Part shown: piece by piece, positions 1 through 10,608 of the stretch
Layout of the letters: each line of letters starts with the position of its first letter
How positions within the stretch are numbered: position 1 is the first letter of the stretch
NCBI GenBank assembly: GCA_052426225.1
Contig: JBNJNM010000007.1
Span: 992,001-1,056,000 of the forward strand
Length of the DNA stretch: 64,000 bases
DNA from: Zancudomyces culisetae HAW-14-8
Lineage: Eukaryota; Fungi; Kickxellomycota
Direction of reading: 5' to 3'
Notes under the pieces: model-generated
Told to the model about the DNA's origin: nothing
Databases searched by the model: none
The model's input: the letters and a program-made list of their open reading frames with translations, nothing else
Translations under genes and position numbers: made by a program

Positions 1-96
1 ATATAAATAGAGCAACTTCATTAAAATATCTAATTACACTTATTCTTAACTCCTTTTAACAATCGACAAACACAAGGCTAACAAAAAGTAATAACA

Positions 97-1158
97 ATGA
101 AATTAAACAACAAATCACTTTGTAAACATATCTTTACAGCACTATCGCTTGGAGGTATTGCAGCTGTACAAGCTGCCTCAGTTGATAATGTAGACACCAA
201 TATTGGCACACCACAGAGCGGAGCGAGTGACCTTAATAAAAATGTGAGAGCCCTAAATGGGGAACCAGCCAAGAGAGAAGATTTTCCATATCTTGGAATG
301 ATGAGTGTGTATATGGGGGGATATTTCAGTTCCTGTCAGATTTCACTAATATCTAATCAAACAGCAGTAACTGCCGCTCGCTGCTTATTAAATCAGAAAC
401 GTGAATTAATTAAAAATATGGACCATATATCTATTTATATTTTTGGTGGAGCTTCAAGTTACGATTCCATAGCTTTAACTAGGGCGCGTGCAGTACATTA
501 TCATCCAAAGTATTCTTATCAATCATTGGAAAACGACATTGCAATTGTTGAACTAAATTCCCCAGTGTCAAAAGACATTGCTACGCCAGTAGCGATATAC
601 AGTGGAGATGTAATGGATGATATGAATTTAGTCGCAGCAGGTTGGGATCTCACTTCGTCTGAGCCGTTAAGAAGATCTTATTATGAGCTAACAAGAGTTA
701 CACGGACACCCTCTTCTTCAAATGTTTGTAAAAAACTTCATCCATCCTGGTCAAACAACAACAAAGATGTTGTCTGTACACATGTAAATGATACTAAAGA
801 TATGTCATATAGTAGTGATGGAGGTCCCTTGACATACATAAACAATGGAGTTAATTTACTTGTTGGTGTTGGGGATTCTGCATTTGGAAATTTTAATGGT
901 GAATATGGCAGTGAAGGTATCAAGGCGAGATATCATACCCATGTATACAGCTACATTGACTGGATTGTAAAAACCACAGGGCTTGAAAAATCGTACCTTT
1001 TGAATACAACTGCACGACCCTCACCTAACTATTCAACGGTTACCAATATAGAGACTTATGGGAATAATGAATCTATGATTTCCGCCTCAACTATTTTGCA
1101 AAACACCGGTTTCATATTAGTGGTTTTCCTATCATTGGTATTTTCTTTACTATTTTAG
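97..1158 (+). CDS. Secreted trypsin-fold (S1) serine protease homologue, predicted inactive, with C-terminal hydrophobic (GPI-like) tail
   Basis: Signal-like segment IFTALSLGGIAAVQA; activation-like R-ALNG; TAARC (canonical TAAHC), ENDIAIVEL, AAGW, SSDGGPL (canonical GDSGGPL), YIDWI; terminal GFILVVFLSLVFSLLF. Confidence 0.85.
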   Translation: MKLNNKSLCKHIFTALSLGGIAAVQAASVDNVDTNIGTPQSGASDLNKNVRALNGEPAKREDFPYLGMMSVYMGGYFSSCQISLISNQTAVTAARCLLNQKRELIKNMDHISIYIFGGASSYDSIALTRARAVHYHPKYSYQSLENDIAIVELNSPVSKDIATPVAIYSGDVMDDMNLVAAGWDLTSSEPLRRSYYELTRVTRTPSSSNVCKKLHPSWSNNNKDVVCTHVNDTKDMSYSSDGGPLTYINNGVNLLVGVGDSAFGNFNGEYGSEGIKARYHTHVYSYIDWIVKTTGLEKSYLLNTTARPSPNYSTVTNIETYGNNESMISASTILQNTGFILVVFLSLVFSLLF

Positions 1159-1946
1159 ATCTGTTTAAAACTTTTTAGACCTGTGGTTGATGTTTGATTA
1201 GATGTTTCATTCAGCTAAACATAGACTCGTGATTCTTGTGACTCATGAATAGCATATCTGTATTCTATGAATTAATACTAGTGACATACGAACTGATTTT
1301 CACTCACTAATAAAGCATATTGTACCTTACTATATTGAAGCAATTTTAGTAGAAATAGAACAGAGAACTGATGGTGGGCGATGGGAAACGATTATCGTAA
1401 GCAAGACAACACACAGTATTTATGGATTAAAAGGTATGTAGTTGGTTATGCTTCTAGGTTAAACAACATACACACAGCTGGGCAGGTCAATCCACCACTT
1501 CGTTTCTTGCAATAAAACATTTTGTATCCTTGAACCAACGCCTTGTAGGTAAGGAAGCCCTAGAGGAACTTAGACTAGTTTATTAGATGAATATTGGAAT
1601 TAATGTTATTTTTTTTGATTTACTAGCAAACTCATCTTGAAATTCTCGAAAAAGCATGAATTGCTGGATTGAAAATATTCCATCTTTTCTGGGTTGATGC
1701 CTTATTCCTGAAATGTATCCTATTAATTTGAAAATCTTTATTTAATTTTTTCCAAATTACGTAGCAAACGAATATATAAACCAATGTCTAAAAAGAAATA
1801 AATAGATCAAAAATAAAGTCATGAAAATAGTATAAAATTAACATAACTTATCCATCTGACTTTGTTTATTTTGATCGCATTACTTTAATAAACCAACAAA
1901 AAAACTAAGCTTAAAGAAACATAAGAATAATCCAACTTACGACACA

Positions 1947-4900
1947 ATGAACTCCGAAAACAACAGCAACAATTCTTTTAACAGATTACCAGCGAGTATA
2001 CTTTCAGCCATATTTATACTTGACCAAAACCCTCAGCTATCGCTATTGAATAAGAATATGTACCATGCCTCGGAACAAGTTGACACTATTAGCAAGTACA
2101 TTATTAGATATGTCTTACAAAATAAAATAAAAATAGCCTCGAGTCAAAGTTAAGTACAATATTCGAGAGTTACACAAGAATAAATATGAATGAAACTGTT
2201 GGAATCTTAGTTCTGAGAAAAATCAAGAAACTCAACTACGATTTTGTTCTAAATCTGGCATTTAGTTATAAATGGAGAAACATATTAAAAAAATTGCTCA
2301 GGATGTATGTGGTGATTGATAGGAACACTTCAGCGGTTGTGCACAAGAGTACTTTATTTATGAATGAGAACGAGTATCTAGATATTGATATAGGAAGTTT
2401 ATTTTCAGAAGAGGACGAATCACATAGAGAGGCTATAGACATCAAGATATCCGATTGTCTTTATATCAGGCCAATCATAACTACACACTCGAACTCTCAA
2501 ATATTATTAGAGAAAATAAAATATAGTTTTGAGAAAGAGGACATTGAGATGTTAATAGATATCTGCAATAGTAAAATTGAGCTTCCTACAGAACCAATGA
2601 ACTCTGTTGAGGTAGAAGTTAAATGTATTTATAGTAATGCTATATTTTATTATCTGTTGATTGCTGTAAAAAGATGTTGTAGCCTGAATAGCTTTGAATT
2701 GCAGAAACTGATTTTAGATTTAAAGATCAACACAAACTTTTCATCTAAAAAGTTGAAATCACACAAAATGGATTATGATATGATATCATCAATGATACCA
2801 ACTTATTTTATTGAGAAGTATGGATATGAAACTAAAATAGAGTTATTGGTGTATTTGATATGTTCATACTATGCAATTGAAAAAGAAAGAAGAGAAATGG
2901 TTAAATTTCTTGAGAATAACTATCCCGATGTCATACATCAACAAATATTGTTTGATGCGGCAGTATATCATAGAAAGGAGGAGTTGATAAAAGAATTTTT
3001 TTTCAAAACGGAACCAAACTCTGGAAATATCAGCAAAATAACAGAAATGGCGTACAGAAATGATAATGTCAATTTCATAAGATTTCTTTTAAACAACTGT
3101 GATAAGCTGAAGGGGGGGTTGGACGAAAATGCATTGAAAACTGCTATAAAAAAGAAAGAGTACGAGTTGGCACAAGATATTATCAGCAAATATCCAAACA
3201 CAGTGTGTGTTTCTTGCCTAGCGGGAGCAGTGGGAAGTGGTGATATCAGAATTACCAAACTACTTGTCGAATCTGGGGCGGATTTAAAATCACCAGAATT
3301 CGAGGGAATTCTAATTGCATGCGAAGATAAAGATATGAATATGTTACAACTGTTTTTGGAAAATGGAGCTCTTGTTAGTTCAAACGCAAATGAGGCTATT
3401 GAAATGTTGTGTAGTATTAATAATTATGAAATAGCTAAACGCCTAATTGAGTCCTTTGATAGAGGTTGGGTTAAATTCAAAACTTCAGGAAGAAAACCCA
3501 AGGTTGGAACAAGGATAACTTTTAATAAAACGATGCTATGTCTTATTGAAGTAATCCAATCTTACTATGAAACTAAACCGTATAATTCCTATGAACATAA
3601 TTATGAGTATGAAGCTGATTATGTTTACTATGGTGATCATATTGAGTTTGACATGTTTCGTGAAGATCTGGATTTGTACGAAAGAATTATGTTAATTAAG
3701 AACTCGAAAAAAAGAGATTATACCAATTCATGTGCATTATATCTCAGACCTCCCTCAGATTTTGGATATGTCATTCAACTTATAAGTAAATCTCATGATG
3801 AGTTGGCTAAAATTGTTGAATATATTCATGAACATAGTCTAAAATGCACACTCAGCGATGCTGAATACAATGAAACTAACGAGTCAGAATACGATAGCGA
3901 TGTAGAGGTGCTGAATGATTGGCATTATGAGCTAGTAAAATCCGAATTGGTTAACCGAAACTTTGAAATGTTGAAACTGTTGATAGAGTATGGAATGGAC
4001 ATTAACTCAAGTAACAGTTTGATCTTGAAAACAGCATACAAAACAGGTGATATTGACTGGATTGAGTATTTTATTAGTAAAGGTGCAAAGTTAGAAGGAG
4101 AATCGGATGGATTTGAAGAGGCTTGTAGATCAAATAAAGTTGAGGTGTTGAAACATTGGATCAAGAATGGTGGTGTAGTGCCAAATAATCCAGAATATCC
4201 TTGTGTCAACATGGCATGTTTACTGGGTAACTTTGATATGGTTAAATTATTGGTAGAAAATGGAGTTGACCTAAGTGACCCAACTCGGAATGGAGTTAGG
4301 ATTGCGTGTAGATTGGGAATGAAAAGAGCATTAAAATATCTATTGAAAAATAATGCTGTGATAGAAGGTGTTCGTCATCACCAGTTAGAGTATGCATGCA
4401 TTATTGAAGATGTTGGATTGGTAAAAATGATTCTTGAGTATTATGATGGTTTAGGAGTATTAGAAAAAAAGGATAAAACAGATTCTAAGGAGGAAGAATT
4501 TCAACATGATTCATTCATGGATAATGTGAATGCTGGTCGTTCTGAAGAATACAAGATTACTAAAATCTTAATTGAAAAAGGCAAACCTATCCAGAATAGT
4601 GATTTGTTGGATGGGGTAAAGGCAGCTGCTATATTAGCCAACGCTGAAATATTGAGCTTACTGCTAAACTATAAGATTGATCTCGACGATGATTTTAAAT
4701 TATCCGAATTAGCCTTGCAATTGAAAAATATTGAGGTGTTGAATGTGCTATTGAAAAATGGACTAAGTGTTAAGAGCAATACTGAACTTCTAGAAATAGC
4801 ATTCAAAGCAGAAAATACTGAGATGGTCAAATTATTATTACGACATGGTGCAAAAGTTAATAAATATTCGGATAGCCTTAGACAAAATCCGATGCTAGAC

Positions 4901-5394
4901 GACATTGAAACTTTGCAGTTAATGTTGAATAATTGTCCTGAGATAAGCGGTTATTCCAACTTACTCAAATTTGCTATCGAGAAAAATAATCTAGAAGCAG
5001 TTAAGGTGCTTTTGAAGGATACATGCCCATTTGGAATAGGAGGATCGTATTACGTATACTACGCCTGTAAAAATAATACAATGGATATTCTAAAACTGTT
5101 ATTTGAAAAGGGTACAAGAATTAAAATAGGACATAAAAGTGGGGTAAACGAGGCTTGCGATAATAATAATTTGGAAATGTTAAAATTTTTGTTGGAAAAA
5201 GTACCAAATTTTGTCCTAAACAGGAATCTTGGGTTAAGGCGTCTATCAAGCATAAAAGTGTAGAAATGATTAAACTACTGATAAAACATGGTGTTGACAC
5301 AAGTTTATATATTGAATCGATTGTGGAGGTTGCAAACGAGATGAATGATCACGAGCTGATAAATATTTATCAGAAGATGGACAGTAGAAACTAA
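1947..5394 (+). pseudogene. F-box-like/ankyrin-repeat protein, copy 1, broken by two 1-nt frameshifts (pseudogene or assembly error)
   Basis: ORFs 1947-2153 and 2186-5263 are colinear with the 6456-9857 paralogue. Frame change in the A-rich run ~2120-2135 (KLSTIFESYTRINM continues in another frame) and at ~5236 (SIKHKSVEMIKLLIKHGVDTS... to TAA 5394). Many ankyrin motifs (xxxLLxxGAD). Confidence 0.8.
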
Positions 5395-6455
5395 GATTTT
5401 ACAAAGTGAGTATATATAGATTGTTTGAGCAAGCATATTTTTGATGCTTATTTCTAGTGTAAAGTGATTATAGTAAATACACTTTTTTAATCAAAAAATA
5501 ATGGTTTTTAGCAGCAAGAAATAATTGTTGGCAGTCAGGAAAATGTTTCTGATATTTAACATTCCAGAAAAAAGTAGTATAAGAACAGAAAAGTCAAAGT
5601 ACCAAACTTGGTTTCACTGTATACAGAAAATTTCTTGGAAATGATACTGTCAAGGCAAGGTAAATACCTTGAATCAACTCCCAGCGGATAACGAGTTCCT
5701 AGAGGAATAGAGAGGAATTTCGGTAATATCGAATGAATATCAAAGCTGTTGCCAACTTTTTGAGCAATGAACAAAATATAAAATTGAATTAATTAAGGAA
5801 TAAAGCTTATGAAACAGTGGGGTTCAAACGTTTTGATTTAAAAGTAGAATAACCTTAAATTTTCATACATCTAGACCTCCTCACCCTGTTAATCAGATAA
5901 GAAAAAACACAATAAACATTGGAGACTAAACATAATGTAAATCCAAATCCACATCATATCGAGTTGTGAAGACAACGAAGACTCTGAGAAATATATGTTA
6001 CTCTGATTTACTATAGTGATTACATTATGTTTTTCTCAAAAAGCTTGTTTTTTATTTTTCTTTTCTTTTCTATTCGCTTTTATTCAATAACGAAACTGAA
6101 TTATTAAGAAATTGATTCTTTTTTAATTTTTACCAAACTCGATAGAAGCACAGGATTAATCCTAAGCTGTTGATCTGGGAACCTTCCAGCTTTCTGGTTT
6201 CATATTTTTATTTTGCTCATTATCCAATCATCAAATAAATTATTGTTGATTTTTCTCAAATTACGCAGCAAATGACCACTTAATCAAAGATTAAAGTTTG
6301 GTTGGATAGATAGATAGATAATAAAAATCCAGAAAAAATAGTATAAAACCAAGTTATTCTGGTATTCGGGACATATTCAACTTTATTTTTAAACTTGAAT
6401 AAAAGAAAAATTAAGATAGAAGGCAAGGGGTGTGCGTAATACAACTTAGGACACA

Positions 6456-9400
6456 ATGAATGCTACTGACAACGACAACAGCCTTTTCAACAAACTCCCA
6501 GCAAATATTCTGTCAACAATATTTGTTCTTGCTCAGAACCTTCAGCTATCACTCTTGAACAAAAATATGCACTATGTCTCACAGCAGGTAGACACTGTTA
6601 GCAACTATATTCATCAATATGCTTTATCTAACACAGAGGATGATCCTGACTATAATTTAAAAACAATATTTGAGAAATACACGAGAATAAACATGAATGA
6701 AACGGTTGGGGCATTGGTTCTGAGAAAAATCAAGAACCTGGACTACGAGACCGCTCTAGAGTTGGCATTTGAATACAGATGGAGGAATGTGCTAAATAAA
6801 TTACTCAAGATGTATGTAGTGATCGATAGAAACACTTCAGGAATTGTATATAAGGGAACTTTATTTATTAATGAAGATGAATACCTGGATATCGACATTG
6901 TTGATTTGCTATCAGAAGAGAGCGAATTACAAAGAGAACTAAGTGATATCAAGCTTTCTCATTCTCTATATATCAGACCACTGATAACTTTTAAGTGGGT
7001 GGCGAAGTTATTGGAATACAGATCGGATCCAGATTTTGAAAAGGAGCTAATTGAAGCGTTAATAGATGCTTTCGATAGCAAAATTGAGATTCCTACAGAA
7101 TTAGCAGGTTCTATTGAGGTGGATTTTCGATATATTGATAGCAAAGATATCATATATATTACTTTGAGTTGTGTATATACAATCTGCAGATTGAACAACC
7201 TTGAGTTGCTGAAACGGATTTTAAGTTTAAAGATCAACACAAAAATTTCATTTCAGGATTTGAAGTCACATGAAGAGTATTATAATATGCTTGAATATAA
7301 GGCGCCAACTTATTTTATTGAGAACTATGGGTATGAAACTAAAATGGATATGTTGGTGTATATGACATGTTCATACTATTCAATTGGACAGGATAGGAAA
7401 AAATTGATAGAATTCCTTGAGAATAACGACCCAAATGCCACATGTAAACAGATATTATTTGATGCAGCGGTCTATCGTAGAAATAAGATGTTGGTGAAGG
7501 ATTATTTTTTCAAAGTGGAACAAAACTCTGAAAATATTAGAAAGGTGACAAGATTGGCGTATGTATATGATAATGTCGATCTCATAAGACTCCTTTTGGA
7601 TAGTAGTGATAAACTGAAGGGAGAGTTAGATGAAAGTGCGTTGAAAGCGGCTATAAAGAATAAAAAATACGGATTGGTAGAAGAAATTATAACCAAGTAT
7701 CCAAACACAGTGAATATTTCCTGCTTAGAGCAAGCAGTGGACGTTGGAGATATCAGAATTGCCAAACTACTTATCGAATCTGGAGTGGATTTAAAACTAT
7801 CCGAGTTTAAGGGAGCAATAACTGCGTGCAAAAATAAAGATATTGATATGTTACAGTTGTTATTGGAAAATGGTGCTTCGGTTGAACTGGTGAATCATAA
7901 TGTTATTGAAAAGATGTGTAGTATTAATAATTATGATATAGCAAAACGACTATTAGAGACCTTTGATAGAGGTGAAAAAAACCACCATACGTATGATAAA
8001 GTCACTACTGGAGCAAGACTGAGATTTAACAAAACGATAATGTGTCTGATTGAAGTTCTACGGTCTTATGATGAGTATAACGAAGCTATTTATGAAGAAT
8101 TTAGTATGCATTCTGATTTTTATACTGAGTATGAAATAAATGTTGATTTTGATGAATTTTGTGGAAGTATGGGTTTATTTGAGAGAGTAATGGCGTTTAT
8201 AAACTCAAAAAAAAAAGATATCGCCAATGCAATCAAATCACAATTCAAGCATCTTCCGAAATATCATGAATTCAGAAAAATTGAAAGAATTTCATTTGAT
8301 AAATTACTCGAAACTATTGAATATATTATTGAGAATAATCTGCAAAGTGCATTCGACGACATTGGATACGATGAAGCCAACGAATTTGGATACGAGAACA
8401 ACGTAGAGGTGTTGAACGATAGACATTACGAACAGGCTAAATTAGAACTGGTGAACCGAAATTTTGAAATGTTAAAACTATTGATAGATCGCGTAGATAT
8501 CAATTCATCTGATAGTTTAATTTTGAGAACAGCGTATAAAGGAGGTGATATTGGTTGGATAAACTACTTTATTAGTAAGGGCTTGAGGCTAAAAGATGAA
8601 TCGGATGGGTTTGAGGAAGTATGTAAATCGGATAGAGTTGAGGTGTTGAAACATTGGATTAGGAATGGTGGTGTGATACTCAACAAACCAGAATATGAGT
8701 GTATTAACGTTGCGTGTATACTGGGTAACTTTGATATGATTAAATTGTTGGTGGAAAATGGAGTTGATTTGAGTAACCCAGAACGAAATGGAATCAGAAT
8801 CGCATGTAGATTGGGTCTCGGAAAAACACTGAAATATCTTTTGGATAATAATGCTGTTGTAGGGAATATTTGTAGATATCAATTAGAGTATGCATGCCTG
8901 ATTGAAGATATCGTACTGGTAAAAATGATTCTTGAATATTACGTTGATTTGGGTGCATTGAAAAAAGGGGGAAACATAGATACGAAGGATATAAAGGAAA
9001 CAAAAGATATCACTTTTTTGGATAATGAAAACACTGATCGATCTGAAGAATATAATATTACTAAAATCTTACTTGAAAAAGGCAAACCTATCCAGAATAG
9101 TGATTTATTGAATGGGATTAGGGCAGCTATTGCAGTAGCCAATACTGAAATTCTCAAGCTGTTACTAAGTTACCAAATCGATCTCAATGATGCTTCTGAA
9201 ATACTGATACCTGTAATAGAAAATGAAAATATTGAAGTAGTTGTATTGCTTTTGGAGAATGGATTAAATATCAAAGGCAACTCAAGCACACTACATGTGG
9301 CACTCAAAACACAAAACGTTGAAATTGTAAGATTGTTATTGCAATATGGCGCAGAGTTAAAAAGTAATACAAAATTTTTTGGGTATTCCCCTCTGGGTAA

Positions 9401-9857
9401 AATTGAAATTGTGCAACTATTACTTTCTTACTGTTCTCAGGTTGGTGGTGATTCACACCTACTCAGACATGCTGTGTATAAGAACAATCTAGATGCAGTT
9501 AAATTGCTTTTGAAAGGATTAACTACTCTTGAAAATAGCGAATACAATTATGTATTTGATGCCTGTAAAAACAATAATATGGAAATCCTGAAACTGTTGT
9601 TTGAAAATGGAGCAAGAATACAAAAAGGAAGTGAAAGTGGGGTAATCGAGGCTTGCGAAAATAATAACCTGGAAATATTGAAGCTTTTATTTGATAGAAA
9701 TCCGAACTTGGTACTAAAAAAGGACTATGGTTTAAAGGAGGCTATCGACCACAAAAACTCTGAGATGATCAAACTTTTGATTGATCATGGTGCCGATACG
9801 AGTGCGCATACGAAATCGATTATACGAGTCGCACACTCCAGAAAAATAAAAAGTTAA
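6456..9857 (+). CDS. F-box-like/ankyrin-repeat protein, copy 2 (1133 aa, intronless)
   Basis: N-terminal FNKLPANILSTIF...LSLLNK resembles an F-box; two blocks of ankyrin repeats (e.g. ACILGNFDMIKLLVENGVD). The C-terminus may be cut short by a missing A at 9842-9846. Confidence 0.85.
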   Translation: MNATDNDNSLFNKLPANILSTIFVLAQNLQLSLLNKNMHYVSQQVDTVSNYIHQYALSNTEDDPDYNLKTIFEKYTRINMNETVGALVLRKIKNLDYETALELAFEYRWRNVLNKLLKMYVVIDRNTSGIVYKGTLFINEDEYLDIDIVDLLSEESELQRELSDIKLSHSLYIRPLITFKWVAKLLEYRSDPDFEKELIEALIDAFDSKIEIPTELAGSIEVDFRYIDSKDIIYITLSCVYTICRLNNLELLKRILSLKINTKISFQDLKSHEEYYNMLEYKAPTYFIENYGYETKMDMLVYMTCSYYSIGQDRKKLIEFLENNDPNATCKQILFDAAVYRRNKMLVKDYFFKVEQNSENIRKVTRLAYVYDNVDLIRLLLDSSDKLKGELDESALKAAIKNKKYGLVEEIITKYPNTVNISCLEQAVDVGDIRIAKLLIESGVDLKLSEFKGAITACKNKDIDMLQLLLENGASVELVNHNVIEKMCSINNYDIAKRLLETFDRGEKNHHTYDKVTTGARLRFNKTIMCLIEVLRSYDEYNEAIYEEFSMHSDFYTEYEINVDFDEFCGSMGLFERVMAFINSKKKDIANAIKSQFKHLPKYHEFRKIERISFDKLLETIEYIIENNLQSAFDDIGYDEANEFGYENNVEVLNDRHYEQAKLELVNRNFEMLKLLIDRVDINSSDSLILRTAYKGGDIGWINYFISKGLRLKDESDGFEEVCKSDRVEVLKHWIRNGGVILNKPEYECINVACILGNFDMIKLLVENGVDLSNPERNGIRIACRLGLGKTLKYLLDNNAVVGNICRYQLEYACLIEDIVLVKMILEYYVDLGALKKGGNIDTKDIKETKDITFLDNENTDRSEEYNITKILLEKGKPIQNSDLLNGIRAAIAVANTEILKLLLSYQIDLNDASEILIPVIENENIEVVVLLLENGLNIKGNSSTLHVALKTQNVEIVRLLLQYGAELKSNTKFFGYSPLGKIEIVQLLLSYCSQVGGDSHLLRHAVYKNNLDAVKLLLKGLTTLENSEYNYVFDACKNNNMEILKLLFENGARIQKGSESGVIEACENNNLEILKLLFDRNPNLVLKKDYGLKEAIDHKNSEMIKLLIDHGADTSAHTKSIIRVAHSRKIKS

Positions 9858-10608
9858 TTGAGTTTTGTCAGGCTAAAGGTGGAGAATTCAAAAAGGCGAA
9901 GATGGTCATGATTGTATTAATCACCTCCTTATTGAAATATAAATGATATTAGTAGGACATGTGTTTGGACTAGAAAAAATGTGGCTGTTTTTTCAATTAT
10001 CAATAATCGAGAATTATTAGGTTGCTATGTCACATACTTTGTTTATTTTTTGTAATAAATTCTTATTTTATCTTGGGGGGGAGATATATTTATTAGAGTG
10101 TGTTGGTATGATTTGTGTGTATTATTGAATATGGATATCAGTTCTGCTCTTCCACAATCTCTGATTAGTAGATAAATAAAAACAGTCAACATATAAAAGT
10201 TGTAATGTGGTAAGAGATTTTCACAGTTTCTTGGTGGGCTGTACAAGGTTGATGTTTTAACCATATTTTATCATTCTATGTACTATATCTCCCTCAAAGA
10301 CACAGTTTATTTTGGATAATATAATTTCTTGGTATTTTAGAATAGTTTTTATGGATGAAAATAATAGAAAAACGGTGAAAAATAAAAAGGGGGGAAGGGG
10401 AGGGGGAGGGGAGCAGAAAAAAGTTACCTCGAGTTTAAAATGACTCCGAAATTCAGGCAAATATATAATACATAATATATAATATATCAGACTTGATTAG
10501 AAAAAGGATTATCAATTTAATAAACAAGAAAAAGTACACAAATTAAATAAATAAATAAATAAATAAAAGTTAAAAATAAATCAACCAAAACAACAACATT
10601 TGTCAAAT

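Noticed and set aside
5530-5800. Coding-like stretch between the ankyrin genes
   Set aside because: The plus-strand frames I read are interrupted by stops and show no recognisable domain; the 72-aa minus ORF looks random.
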